Shown: piece by piece, positions 8,816 through 18,342 of the stretch
Layout of the letters: every line of letters begins with the position of its first letter
How positions within the stretch are numbered: the stretch's first letter is position 1
Translations under genes and position numbers: made by a program
The notes under the pieces: generated by a model
Seen by the model: the letters and a program-made list of their open reading frames with translations, nothing else
What the model was told of the DNA's origin: nothing
Database searches by the model: none
Origin: a virus
Taxonomy: Duplodnaviria > Caudoviricetes
Length of the DNA: 59,706 bases
IMG/VR virus record: IMGVR_UViG_3300042905_003262
Span: 1-59,706 of that record
Direction: 5' to 3' (one strand)

Positions 8816-11800
8816 TCAAATTTGCCCTTGCATGCTAAATAGCAATACCAAATCCCTCATGGCCCACTTCTTACTTTCCGCACCGATAATCTTGAGCTTC
8901 ACGCGGCATGCCGAATCGCTCAACATGAGGCTTGCGCGACAATTGCAGTTATCATTAACGTCGCCGTACACAAACACTTCTTCGTTTCCAGCCATGTCTA
9001 TGAATGTGACTTCCACGAGAGCGCGGCTGTCTTGAATAGTCCTCCAAAGGGCTGCCTGAAACGCTTTTTTCATGCCGGGCTGCCCCATGTCGAGCATACC
9101 TGTCTCGATCACAGCCTCATAGGCTCGGTAGTATCGCGAGCCGGAATAATCCACATACCCATAGCCCGCATACTGGTCCGGCATTGGCGTTGAAGTGCTG
9201 TAAGCCGTGAACGCCGATTGTGAGCCGAAGGAATTGCCAGCACTGTCCATTTGGGCGCTACTATCCCAAACGAATAAGCGGCCCGCCTCGTCGGCGAACA
9301 CGATTTCCGGCCTTCCAGGCTCCATTTGGGCGCTGGCGTAAATCTTGGGATAGGAGAACGGACCCACCATTCCGCGCCCCATAAGGTCAAAGGCAAACCC
9401 GATTAGCGAACCATCAAGGCCGGGGGCGAACATCCAGATATGTTGACTGGCGGCGTCTGGAAAGACCCATGTGCGGTCTGGCTGGCGCAAAATAGCATCG
9501 GTGTCGATATACTCGCGGAGCAATTCCAAAGCTCCAAGGGCCGCGAATTGGCTCGTTGCCACCGTGGAGGTGAAGTCTGCCGGGCGGGCCATATCGAGCG
9601 TGCGGAGCTGCAAATCTGCCGCCCAATAGTACATGGATTTGCCCTCGTAGATCGTGACGGCGCTCTGTGAGATGGCTCCGGCTGTCGAGGCCGGATAGAC
9701 ACGTTGCGCCGGATCAACCGGGTTGATGATGGCAAAACCCGCGAGCGTGTGAATCTGCAAATCAACGGCGGTAGCGATGAGGGCCGTGACCTGCTGGGAA
9801 CCGGCTGGCGTGCCGGGAATGGAAATCGTCTCGTAATCTGCCGCCAGCAAAGAGCAGCCTTCCGGCGCTACTTCGTCCACGGTGGCGACTTTGGACGCAT
9901 AGAGGCGGTCTGGATGATCCACGAGGCCGCCGCGAAACATTTGCTCGGCTGCGAAGGCGTGGAACTTGTGCGGAAGTGGGCGCTGTTGGTCCGCGCTCAT
10001 GTCGTCCTCGCCAAAGACGGTTGCAGTGCCGACAACTACCGCAGCGGGCGTGCCTGAGTTGTCAATGTCTGCCGTGCTGATTAGCTTCCATACGGCTTCG
10101 GAATCCTCTCCGAACTGCATGTAGAGCCGGATTTTGGTAAAACGCCCACCCTCGGCGGCAGCGTTAGCGGCAACCGTAATGCTGATGTCGTTATTGGCCG
10201 TGTTCGGGATGATGACCGTATTTGAGATGGGTGAGCTTGGCCCCTCGTAACCGTGGCCTTGATAGCCAGGGTCCCAATAGCGGGCATAAACGGTCACGGT
10301 TCGGCTGGTGTAACCTTCGCTCGCGCCGGAACCTACGCCTTGGCTGATGGTGACGTAAAGCGGCGTTCCGCTGCCTGCGCCCGGATAAGGCGTTGCAGAG
10401 CCAAAGGAGAAACCCGCCGTGACGAGCGTGAAAATTTCCGAACTGCTCGCACTAGCGGAAATGCTAATCAGACCCGTTACGAGCGGGTCAGCCGCCACAT
10501 AGGCGACGAACTGGTCAAAGGTGTTCGTGGTGCCGCCCGTGACAACGTAGAGGTAAGGGTTTGCCGCCGTTCCTGTTCCTGCGAGGGTGCTCGAAAACGG
10601 AACCGTGCCGGAGAGTTGGTTGTAGGCCAGTTTGAAACAGCTATTGCCGTCCACGCCTGCTTTCCACGCCGGAAGAGCTGAGACAGTCAGGCTTTGGGTG
10701 CCGTTGATGGTCCAGAGCCGGTTACTGAGCACGCCCGTGTTTCCAGTAATCGTGATCGCGCTTCCAGTTTGCTCCAGTGAAAGCTGGAAAGTGGTGAGGT
10801 TCGTGGATGCCGTGTAAGTGGCTCCAATGATGAAATAGATGATGTTCGCCGTAATGCCGGTCAGCGGCGTAAAGACGGTGGCGACGGTGAATTTATCGTT
10901 CACGGCCAGATTGTGCGCCGTGCGGGTGAAGACATCCGTCGTGATGTTGACCGTCAAGATTGCGCCCGTGACCTCGTAATCGAAGCTACCAGCGGAGCGA
11001 GTGCCGATATTGAGCGCCGAAGTGCCCGCCACGGTCGTCTTGATCGTGAACGTTGTCGGGGATGGAACGCTGTGGACGTAGTAGGTAACGCCAGCCGTGG
11101 AGCCGCTTGGAACAGTTCCGCTCAAAACCACCGCGTCATTCACGGCTAGATTGTGCGGGACGGTGCGAATAATCGTGTCTGATGCCGCATCCGAAGCGGC
11201 GGAATAGGCCACGTTGGTATAGAAGAAATCACCCGAACCATCGCTATCAATGTTAAAAACAGCACCTCCGCGTGTGGCCGAAATCTTGAAACTGTCTGCC
11301 GTTGGAACGCTTTCGACAAAATACTTCGTTCCGGCGACTAGATTGGTCGGCAGCGTGCCGGAGACAGTCGAGTATTTGAGGCCGTCGCCCGCTACTAGAT
11401 CATGCGCAACACGAGAAAACGTGTCGGAGCCGTGGGAAGCCGTGACCAGCCTTGACGCGCCCGTAATGGCAAAGTCTCCACGCCCCTCCGCCGTCACGTC
11501 GATCTGAGTCCCGCCCGAAGTAGCCGCAATGGTAAGCGTATTGGCAGAGGGGGCAGTTTTGACAAAATAGGACGTAGCAGCGGCTAACGGCGTCGGCAGC
11601 GTCACAGCATCTTGAAAGACCACCATGCCATTCACGAGCCTACCGCTGGCTTGAAGTGTGTTTGCCGTGCTGGTAAGCGAAAACGAGGTGTACCCAGGCA
11701 CCACAAAAGACGCCTGCGTATTGGCCGCACTAGCGGGAGCCACGAGGGAGATAACCGGCGCAGTAGGGGCCTCGTTTGTGCCTGCTTTACGCCAGATGCC

Positions 11801-12583
11801 CGGTATAGCGGTTCGCCCGAGCTGGACAATCACGTTTTCATCCACGCCATTCCCGAGGAACCATGCGCCCTGATTCGGGTAGCCATACCAGCGAGCGGCG
11901 GCATTTAGCCCCACGGCCAAGACGGTGTAAGTAGGCGTTCCAGTCGTAAAAGCATAGGCTCCGCTGGTGTAAGTGCCATCGTCGCCGAGATAAAACCATC
12001 CACGGCAGGCGCTTTCGATGGACGCCGTAAGGTCGTAGAGAAGCAGGAAGTTCTTGCCTTGCCGCTTGATCTGAATGGCGACGGTTTTGTTTGCTGTGCG
12101 GGCAGTGCTGTCAACTCCTACGCCGGTAGAATAGCCACTGAACGGCAAGGTGCGATAAATGCTTTGCACCGTAGTATAGATGCTATGCGTGCCAGTGCCG
12201 GTATCCGTGATGTCCCGTGTATCAACGCCATTGGCCGCAAAGAGCGTGAACGTGCTGGCTGAAGGGGTTGTTTTAACGGTGTATGTCGTGGACACTGCCA
12301 AACCTCCCGGCAGGGTTCCAGTAGTAACCACTTGGAGAGTGTCATTCACTGCTAACCCATGAGATGCCATCGTGAAAACATTCGTTCCCGCATCCACCGT
12401 AAAGGTTTTGCTGCCAGTTCCCATGGCCCAAAGGTTGTTGTAGATCGGTGGGCCGCTCCACCCGTCCTGTGGCCGCAAAACGATGTTTCGGCACTGCTCC
12501 AGCGCAATTCCCTTGTCCGTCGTCTCCTCAAGTCGGGACACCGGCTTAAAAGCTCGAATCGGATAGGATTGCTGGCGTGACAT
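8816..12583 (-). CDS. tail nozzle/stabilisation-type virion protein with repeated beta-domains
   Basis: 1255 aa downstream of the adaptor. C-terminal IETGMLDMGQPGMKK pattern of podoviral nozzle proteins; five HxLxxxD...TLP...T.Y.V..P...TF repeats. Confidence 0.65.
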   Translation of the reverse strand: MSRQQSYPIRAFKPVSRLEETTDKGIALEQCRNIVLRPQDGWSGPPIYNNLWAMGTGSKTFTVDAGTNVFTMASHGLAVNDTLQVVTTGTLPGGLAVSTTYTVKTTPSASTFTLFAANGVDTRDITDTGTGTHSIYTTVQSIYRTLPFSGYSTGVGVDSTARTANKTVAIQIKRQGKNFLLLYDLTASIESACRGWFYLGDDGTYTSGAYAFTTGTPTYTVLAVGLNAAARWYGYPNQGAWFLGNGVDENVIVQLGRTAIPGIWRKAGTNEAPTAPVISLVAPASAANTQASFVVPGYTSFSLTSTANTLQASGRLVNGMVVFQDAVTLPTPLAAATSYFVKTAPSANTLTIAATSGGTQIDVTAEGRGDFAITGASRLVTASHGSDTFSRVAHDLVAGDGLKYSTVSGTLPTNLVAGTKYFVESVPTADSFKISATRGGAVFNIDSDGSGDFFYTNVAYSAASDAASDTIIRTVPHNLAVNDAVVLSGTVPSGSTAGVTYYVHSVPSPTTFTIKTTVAGTSALNIGTRSAGSFDYEVTGAILTVNITTDVFTRTAHNLAVNDKFTVATVFTPLTGITANIIYFIIGATYTASTNLTTFQLSLEQTGSAITITGNTGVLSNRLWTINGTQSLTVSALPAWKAGVDGNSCFKLAYNQLSGTVPFSSTLAGTGTAANPYLYVVTGGTTNTFDQFVAYVAADPLVTGLISISASASSSEIFTLVTAGFSFGSATPYPGAGSGTPLYVTISQGVGSGASEGYTSRTVTVYARYWDPGYQGHGYEGPSSPISNTVIIPNTANNDISITVAANAAAEGGRFTKIRLYMQFGEDSEAVWKLISTADIDNSGTPAAVVVGTATVFGEDDMSADQQRPLPHKFHAFAAEQMFRGGLVDHPDRLYASKVATVDEVAPEGCSLLAADYETISIPGTPAGSQQVTALIATAVDLQIHTLAGFAIINPVDPAQRVYPASTAGAISQSAVTIYEGKSMYYWAADLQLRTLDMARPADFTSTVATSQFAALGALELLREYIDTDAILRQPDRTWVFPDAASQHIWMFAPGLDGSLIGFAFDLMGRGMVGPFSYPKIYASAQMEPGRPEIVFADEAGRLFVWDSSAQMDSAGNSFGSQSAFTAYSTSTPMPDQYAGYGYVDYSGSRYYRAYEAVIETGMLDMGQPGMKKAFQAALWRTIQDSRALVEVTFIDMAGNEEVFVYGDVNDNCNCRASLMLSDSACRVKLKIIGAESKKWAMRDLVLLFSMQGQI

Positions 12584-12592
12584 AGGGTGAAA

Positions 12593-13447
12593 TTAGTTCA
12601 TCATGTCGATTTGACGCCGCGCAAGTCCAGGGCCGCGTGAGTTTGCCCACGTCTGAGAGGCCATTTGAGCCATGGGGGCAATCTTGGCAACGTCGCCCGT
12701 GAAATCTGGATGGCTGCTGAACGCCATCAAAACAAGAGGCTTCAAAACGCTGTCATCGAGTCCGTTAGGCAAGAGGGCCGTGCGGGCATCGTCCCAGCTG
12801 GTCACGACAAGGGCGCGGACATCGGCCCGGAAATGCAGGATGTAAGCCTCGTCTGGCAGCGAATCAAACAGGATGCGCCGGGAAGGTGTTCCGCTGGCAT
12901 CAAGGGCGTCTTCCACGGCTGCCATGATAGGACGCTGGATGCGGCGGCGGTCCATTCCAAAACGAATCTGGTCAATGACGGCACGGTCAACTAGGCGCAT
13001 CTCCCATTTGCGATCCAAGCTCATCGGCTCGTAGATTTTGGCGATCTCGATTCCGACCGTGGTGCAGTCGAAGTGAATCGTTGCCGTGACATTCGTTCCC
13101 GTGCTGCCCATGTAAGGGTTTTCGAGCGTCACGGTGCCGTTGGACTTCACAAGCCGGTTCTCGCGGAAGTCTCCCGTGATTTGGATGGTGCAGCCGAGCA
13201 TGTATGACTGGTATCCGCTCGTGAACGTGATAGCCGTCGATTGCGCGGTGACGTTCTCGATGGTCACAGTAGCAGGGCTGCGAATCAGCGCCGTCTTGTT
13301 CTCCTGCTGGCCTCCCGAGTAAAGCTGCTGCAAGACCGCGTTCAGGTCCGAGAGCATCCGTTCACTCGTCAAGGTGGGCAATCGCGCCACGGATGTACAG
13401 CCCGCGTAAGGGAGTAGATGGGAGCGGATGGCGGCTGCGGCGGACAT
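12593..13447 (-). CDS. head-tail adaptor-like virion protein
   Basis: Position between capsid and nozzle genes; C-terminal PDEAYILHF...LLP pattern. Confidence 0.5.
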   Translation of the reverse strand: MSAAAAIRSHLLPYAGCTSVARLPTLTSERMLSDLNAVLQQLYSGGQQENKTALIRSPATVTIENVTAQSTAITFTSGYQSYMLGCTIQITGDFRENRLVKSNGTVTLENPYMGSTGTNVTATIHFDCTTVGIEIAKIYEPMSLDRKWEMRLVDRAVIDQIRFGMDRRRIQRPIMAAVEDALDASGTPSRRILFDSLPDEAYILHFRADVRALVVTSWDDARTALLPNGLDDSVLKPLVLMAFSSHPDFTGDVAKIAPMAQMASQTWANSRGPGLARRQIDMMN

Positions 13448-13450
13448 GGG

Positions 13451-13651
13451 TTAAAAGTTGGCGATTCGTTCACGCAGAACATCAAGGTATGCTCGCATCA
13501 TCGACTCTTGCCTGAATAGGCAATCGTTTTCATCGACTGAAACAGTCTTGATTTTGTCAGATAGAACAAAAGCGAGCAGTTTCGCGTGACGTTCAGCCAA
13601 TTCGGCTTCCTCGTTCAGGACGCGGAGTTGATGAGGGGTGGGAATAGTCAT
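13451..13651 (-). CDS. crAss001_48-like small helical protein
   Basis: HQLRVLNEEAEL..R..KL..F...Q...M..YL.VL.ERIANF. Confidence 0.75.
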   Translation of the reverse strand: MTIPTPHQLRVLNEEAELAERHAKLLAFVLSDKIKTVSVDENDCLFRQESMMRAYLDVLRERIANF

Positions 13652-13654
13652 AGT

Positions 13655-14752
13655 TCAGTCTTTCGGTTCACGACGCTTCACCCAGCCCGCATGGGCAAGT
13701 ACAACCGTCGATTCGGGGTCTTGAAGGGAGGCTTTGAGCTTGTCCGCGTCCACTTCAAGAGCGGCGGCTAAGTCTTTGAGGCGCATCGGAGCGTCGAGTA
13801 TGTCCCATGCGGCGGCGTAGAGAGGTTTTTCTTCCGGCTCCACGGGGGCGGTTTCCGGCTCCGGTTCTGCGATTGGCTCCGGCGTGGTCTCGGTTTGCTC
13901 CTCGGTGGCCGGTTCTTGAATGGTTGCAGGAACGGGATTTGAACCTACTCCATCTTGGTTTATCGAGACTCCCAATGCACTATCCTGTGGCAATTGCTGC
14001 ACAAAACTACGCATTTTAGAATTTCCTTCTCCACTGCGATTTTCCCCTTCGATAGCACCATTTCCCCAATGTTGTGCTCCTTGAATTTGGGGTCTTGGTG
14101 ATGGAAGTCCAATGTCGCTGGATGCGACTCCCCGCATCTGCTGCACCCTAGTTTCGTTTTGACCTCCGCTAACCAGTTTTTCAACTTCTGGCGCTGCTTT
14201 CTGTTTCGTAAGTGGTATTTGTCCTTGTGGGCTAAGTAATGTCTTCTCGCACATTCCGCCTGCTTCTTCTTGTCTTTGTATGGCATGAAGAACATTACCA
14301 CTTAGGCTCAAATCGTCAATAGGATATGAGCCTGACGACTTAACCTCTTGTCCATCCTGCGATGTGGAAACGATTTCGACGGCTTCACCTTCCGGTTCGG
14401 CTGGAGTTTCGGCAACTGCCACTTCCACGGTTGCGGGAGGCGCATATTCGCCGCCAGCCTCGCAAAGCACACGGCCAGCAGGCCCAGGCGGCAGGAGTGG
14501 ATCGACAAAGTGCGCGTAGGCGTGGAAAGAGTTCTGGTTTGCGATCTGCTTTGAGATTCCAGTCGTGAGGCGTTGCCATTCGGCCTCACTCTTGCACTCG
14601 TAGGAGCACACTTGGGGCAAATACGGGTCTTCCTTCGTTCGTGGAGTCGTGCCGTTAGAGATGCTTCCTTTGCAGGTGATGTTTTTCGAGCCGTATGATT
14701 TGGGGTTACAAATCAAAAGTCTGAGCTTCAAACGAGGGGCGTGTGTGTCCAT
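13655..14752 (-). CDS. hypothetical protein with acidic Glu/Pro linker; frame reads through an embedded tRNA and HNH gene
   Basis: Uninterrupted ORF from MDTHAPRL, with globular N- and C-termini flanking E/P-rich linkers. Confidence 0.65.
   Translation of the reverse strand: MDTHAPRLKLRLLICNPKSYGSKNITCKGSISNGTTPRTKEDPYLPQVCSYECKSEAEWQRLTTGISKQIANQNSFHAYAHFVDPLLPPGPAGRVLCEAGGEYAPPATVEVAVAETPAEPEGEAVEIVSTSQDGQEVKSSGSYPIDDLSLSGNVLHAIQRQEEAGGMCEKTLLSPQGQIPLTKQKAAPEVEKLVSGGQNETRVQQMRGVASSDIGLPSPRPQIQGAQHWGNGAIEGENRSGEGNSKMRSFVQQLPQDSALGVSINQDGVGSNPVPATIQEPATEEQTETTPEPIAEPEPETAPVEPEEKPLYAAAWDILDAPMRLKDLAAALEVDADKLKASLQDPESTVVLAHAGWVKRREPKD
13921..13954 (-). tRNA. tRNA-fMet(CAT)-like, 3' part (interrupted; weak T-stem)
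   Basis: GA-TGGA-GTAGG-TTCAAAT-CCCGT-TCCTGCA-ACCA. The acceptor pairs with the 5' part, with the initiator-type C1:A72 mismatch and an encoded CCA. Confidence 0.75.
13960..14286 (-). CDS. HNH endonuclease nested in tRNA/CDS
   Basis: CSRCG..HPATLDFHH.DP..K...I...EI.KC.VLCSNCHR..H. Confidence 0.88.
   Translation of the reverse strand: MPYKDKKKQAECARRHYLAHKDKYHLRNRKQRQKLKNWLAEVKTKLGCSRCGESHPATLDFHHQDPKFKEHNIGEMVLSKGKIAVEKEILKCVVLCSNCHRIVHWESR
14292..14319 (-). promoter_or_regulatory. promoter of the HNH cassette (leaderless)
   Basis: TTGACG-N16-TAATGT with ATG 5 nt downstream. Confidence 0.6.
14321..14361 (-). tRNA. tRNA-fMet(CAT)-like, 5' part (interrupted)
   Basis: CGCAGGA-TG-GAC-AAGAGGTTAA-GTC-G-TCAGG-CTCATAT-CCT; anticodon CAT at 14328-14326. 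Confidence 0.75.
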
Positions 14753-14812
14753 AGAGGTGAAGGAAGTATTGACGAGCCTAGCCGAAAACGCTAGTGTTTT
14801 CCTTGCGCCCAC

Positions 14813-14844
14813 AAAAAAGCGGCAGAGCCTTTCGACTCTGCCGC
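14813..14844 (-). terminator. intrinsic terminator after the major capsid gene
   Basis: GCGGCAGAG/CTCTGCCGC 9-bp stem followed by T6 on the minus strand. Confidence 0.85.
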
Positions 14845-14873
14845 CTAGATTTAGGTTTCTAACCTAACTCGTA

Positions 14874-16352
14874 CTACTCAATTTGCGGCATTCCGTCCAG
14901 ATTATATGCCGCGTATGCCATCACGAGGCCAGTGGGAACGCTGTTGGCGTTGATCTGAGTGGTGATGCCATATTGTTCCTCAAATCCGGGCTGGAAGATC
15001 AACTGCATGTTGTCGTCATTGTTGATCGTGATTTTGCCAGCGCCGGAGCCGCCCATGACAGCGCCGAAGCCGTGCATCAGCGCGTCCTGACCAAGACCCC
15101 ACAAGCGAACAAACGGCTGGCCGTAGCTGTTGCAGGGAACCACCTTGGAGCCGATGGCAAACGACTGAGTGTGCTTTCCAGCCCACACGCCGCTGTCATA
15201 GGTGACGTTACCGAGGGTGGCAAGACGTGCGTCGCTCGTAGTAGCGCCGAGGTGAGACACGCCCGTAATGGTGTTGCCATTCGTGGTCGTGTAGGAGATC
15301 ATGCCGAACTTGCCGGTGGTCTTGTCCTGAATCAGCGCATACTTCGTGGCGCTGGTTTCCTGCGTGATCTTCGTGACCTCGTGGGAGGTGAAGGCCGCGC
15401 CGGGGAAGAAGCGGAAGTAGAGATGATCCGTGAGGGCCGCAGCGGCAGCGGAAGCGCCGCCTTTGACAGTGCGAGCGGTGGTCTGCGTGAAGTCCAGCGC
15501 CTCGCCAAGGAAGGCCATCGGTTGAGCAAAGCAGCCTTGAGGGCCGTTCGCGGAATCGACCTCGACAGTCCAAGGAAGAACCGTGGAGCCGTTCCAGCTC
15601 GGGACGATGCCGGAGTACAGGTAGTTGCCTGCGCCGCGATCACCGGCCTGAGCCATGAGGGTCTGCCAGTTGTTGTCATTGCTCAGTTCATCGAGGCCGC
15701 GCTCGGGGGCTAGGATGACGTAGCGTTTCACCTCCTGCGCACCGGACTTGCCGACTGCGAAGGGCTTGGCCTGATTGTCAGCCAAACGGCCAGCCATGCG
15801 GCGGAACAGGGCGGAATCGGCGTAGTGCGAGCTGCGAAGACCTTCAATCGACGTGGCGGCACTGTTGGCATACACGCTATTGGAGGCACCGGCAGCGGCG
15901 CAAGCGCGGAGGATTTCGGCCTCCGTCATGGATTCACGCTCACGGGCAAACCAAGGAGCGAGTTTGCCACGGACACGGGTGTCAGCATCCTTGCCCACGA
16001 CAGACTGAGCCGCAGAAACGCGGTTCAGGATCACGGATTTGTGATGGTTGCCGAACGTGAGGGCGAACATTGCGCCCTTGATGTTTTCGCCGCCCGATTT
16101 GCGGTCTGCTAACGCGCCCTGTTCACCAGGGCCGCCGAGTCCGGCTTCGACGTAAAAGTTTTTGGTGACGCCTTGAAGGTTCTTCAAGCTGGAGACAGTC
16201 GCGATGGCGCGACCACCGGCATTACCGGCCATGAGTTTGAAGAAGATGGAGCGAGCGAGGGAGTCGAGAATTGTCCCGGCTGCCCACTGTTGCTCTTGCG
16301 AGGATGTGCCCATGTTCGAGACGATTTGGGCGGTCGTGAATGCAGTAGCCAT
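14874..16352 (-). CDS. major capsid protein
   Basis: 492 aa with strongly biased codons, after the scaffold and followed by a terminator. W.T....AGDRG..N.LYSG...WNG pattern of N4-gp56/DUF4043-like capsids. Confidence 0.8.
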   Translation of the reverse strand: MATAFTTAQIVSNMGTSSQEQQWAAGTILDSLARSIFFKLMAGNAGGRAIATVSSLKNLQGVTKNFYVEAGLGGPGEQGALADRKSGGENIKGAMFALTFGNHHKSVILNRVSAAQSVVGKDADTRVRGKLAPWFARERESMTEAEILRACAAAGASNSVYANSAATSIEGLRSSHYADSALFRRMAGRLADNQAKPFAVGKSGAQEVKRYVILAPERGLDELSNDNNWQTLMAQAGDRGAGNYLYSGIVPSWNGSTVLPWTVEVDSANGPQGCFAQPMAFLGEALDFTQTTARTVKGGASAAAAALTDHLYFRFFPGAAFTSHEVTKITQETSATKYALIQDKTTGKFGMISYTTTNGNTITGVSHLGATTSDARLATLGNVTYDSGVWAGKHTQSFAIGSKVVPCNSYGQPFVRLWGLGQDALMHGFGAVMGGSGAGKITINNDDNMQLIFQPGFEEQYGITTQINANSVPTGLVMAYAAYNLDGMPQIE

Positions 16353-16552
16353 AATGGTGAGGTGTAAAAAAGGTGGAAACTAACGAGGGTGGATTGGATT
16401 TGGGTATGCCAAGACGCGGCTATGCCGATCCCAGCGGTTTTGCGGGCGCAAACGGGGCAGGCAGGCCAGAACGCGGCCATCGTGGGCCGGGTGCATGACA
16501 TGACTCGGGGTGCCGTGGTGAACGGCTGCGTCAGGATCGACTCAGGAGAAGA

Positions 16553-17710
16553 CTAATTGGCGTCCTCGATAGAGTAGAATGCCATACCTTGGGACGGTGC
16601 GCCTCCAAGGTTGCGATCCAGTGCCGCCAGAATTTCGGACGCATCTCCACCGGCAATCGCTTGAGAAAGCTGCTGCTGCTGGACTTGAGCCGGTTCAGTA
16701 GGTTGGACCATAACGCGGTGCTCGCTAGTCGGCGTGTAACCTCCAGGAATGGCAGACATGGATGCAGGCGCAGGGGCCGTGCTCTTGGCTGCCGTGGAGG
16801 GTGTCGCCTGTGGCGTGCGGGAGGAAGGTGAAGCAGCGGGCGCATTGGCCGCGTTGTTCATCTTGAAAGGTGTTCCTTTGAGTAAAAACTCGCCCGCGAT
16901 TTGCGCAACAAGTTTCTGCTCATAGTCTTCATCGGCCAGGGCAGCGGCATCGGCTCGCACGTTGGCATTGTGAAGTTCAACGAATCGCTGGTGGAAAGGT
17001 GTCGTGGCGTCCCTGAGGTCTTCAAAGACGTTGGCAAGCGCCTGAAACTGCGCTTCTCCAGCTTGTGCGGCGGCGGAAACTTCCTCACGCTCCCGCAAGC
17101 TCTGCTCGAAGCGTTCGATGGCGCGGAGTTCCGCAAGGGCGGCAACTTTATCCTCGCGAAGGGCGATGACTTCGCGGTAGCGCACGTCGTCCATGACGGG
17201 ATCAAGCGTCTCAAACTCTTCGCGGAGGGCTTGGATTTCGGCATTCAGCGCTTCAAGGGGTGTGACTGGCGCTTCTGGCGTCTCAGCCTCCAGGTCTGGT
17301 TGCGCGGCAGGAATGGTAGCCGATGGCACCATGAGGCCAAGTTGGCGATATGCTTCCTGTTCGGCTTCGCCTAAAGACATCGTTTTGCCTTCGGCCTGCG
17401 CAGAGCGGCGAATCTTGAAGGCGGTTTGCTCCACGGCATTTTGGGCCGTCACGCGCACGTCTTCACCGACGCGCCAGTTCTTCGCAAGATTCGGGTCGAG
17501 TTCCTTCGTGGGATCGAAAGGCGCGGGAGCCGCTGGAATCTCAGGGGCAGGCTCGGGAGTCGCAACGGGAGCGGGCGCTTGAAATTCCTCAATCGTAGTA
17601 GCCGCAGATTCGACTTTCGCCACGTCAACACCGCCATCAAGCGCAGCAATCATGGCTCCAATGTCGTTTGGATCAATTTCGGCGGCTGGCGTTGGGGTGG
17701 CGTCTGGCAT
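16553..17710 (-). CDS. capsid scaffolding protein
   Basis: Acidic, Ala/Pro-rich, coiled-coil protein immediately upstream of the capsid gene. Confidence 0.65.
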   Translation of the reverse strand: MPDATPTPAAEIDPNDIGAMIAALDGGVDVAKVESAATTIEEFQAPAPVATPEPAPEIPAAPAPFDPTKELDPNLAKNWRVGEDVRVTAQNAVEQTAFKIRRSAQAEGKTMSLGEAEQEAYRQLGLMVPSATIPAAQPDLEAETPEAPVTPLEALNAEIQALREEFETLDPVMDDVRYREVIALREDKVAALAELRAIERFEQSLREREEVSAAAQAGEAQFQALANVFEDLRDATTPFHQRFVELHNANVRADAAALADEDYEQKLVAQIAGEFLLKGTPFKMNNAANAPAASPSSRTPQATPSTAAKSTAPAPASMSAIPGGYTPTSEHRVMVQPTEPAQVQQQQLSQAIAGGDASEILAALDRNLGGAPSQGMAFYSIEDAN

Positions 17711-17761
17711 GGTAAGTATTGGTTTCTCCAAACCTTACCGATGCAACTGGAATTTTCACAG

Positions 17762-18133
17762 TTATGCAACAGTTATGCAAGTGCGGCCAGGAGTAGGCCC
17801 GAAGAGGCAGTTTTGCCGCCGCTCCGCCATGTAATCCTCCTTGGTCATAGCTTTGTATAAGCCGGTAGTGATATTGTGGACAACCACGCAGTCGGCACGT
17901 TGCGCAACAGGAAGCGCCTCAATTATCTCCTTAGCTCTAGCTTCTTGGTGGCGCATCATCCACTCAATCAAACCCATTCCATATCGTTGCGGTTCTGCAC
18001 CAGCAAACAGCGGATTCGTAGCCGCTGCTGCCTTTGCGACCTGCAAGGACGCTGGAACCTTCACGGGCGCGGCGGGTAGCGATTTAGCGGCAAATAGGCC
18101 GGTGATGGCCTTGAAGATGTTGCGGCGCTTCAT
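17762..18133 (-). CDS. hypothetical protein
   Basis: Coupled ORF; N-terminus MKRRNIFK resembles a twin-arginine motif. Confidence 0.55.
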   Translation of the reverse strand: MKRRNIFKAITGLFAAKSLPAAPVKVPASLQVAKAAAATNPLFAGAEPQRYGMGLIEWMMRHQEARAKEIIEALPVAQRADCVVVHNITTGLYKAMTKEDYMAERRQNCLFGPTPGRTCITVA

Positions 18134-18342
18134 GTGGCTGTATTTTTAGAAACGGTAATGAAATTGTGAGAGTCAAACGTCTTTCCGTCTTTGAGTGATT
18201 TGGTGAATGTCATTACCCAACCACTCGCAGCTTCACGAAAGCTAATTTCACGACGACCCGGAGTGTCCACTTCGATTGCTTTAGTGAGTGAAATCTCGCG
18301 AGTCGAGCCGTCATTGAAGGCAAGAGTTAAAGTGGCGGTCAT
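18130..18342 (-). CDS. hypothetical protein
   Basis: ATGA-coupled ORF. Confidence 0.6.
   Translation of the reverse strand: MTATLTLAFNDGSTREISLTKAIEVDTPGRREISFREAASGWVMTFTKSLKDGKTFDSHNFITVSKNTAT

Noticed and set aside
13955-14320. Group I intron in tRNA-fMet
   Set aside because: The insert is almost entirely promoter plus HNH ORF, leaving no room for a catalytic core. The junction that restores the stem does not end in the required G.
14883-15713. 276-aa plus-strand ORF
   Set aside because: Antisense shadow of the major capsid gene.
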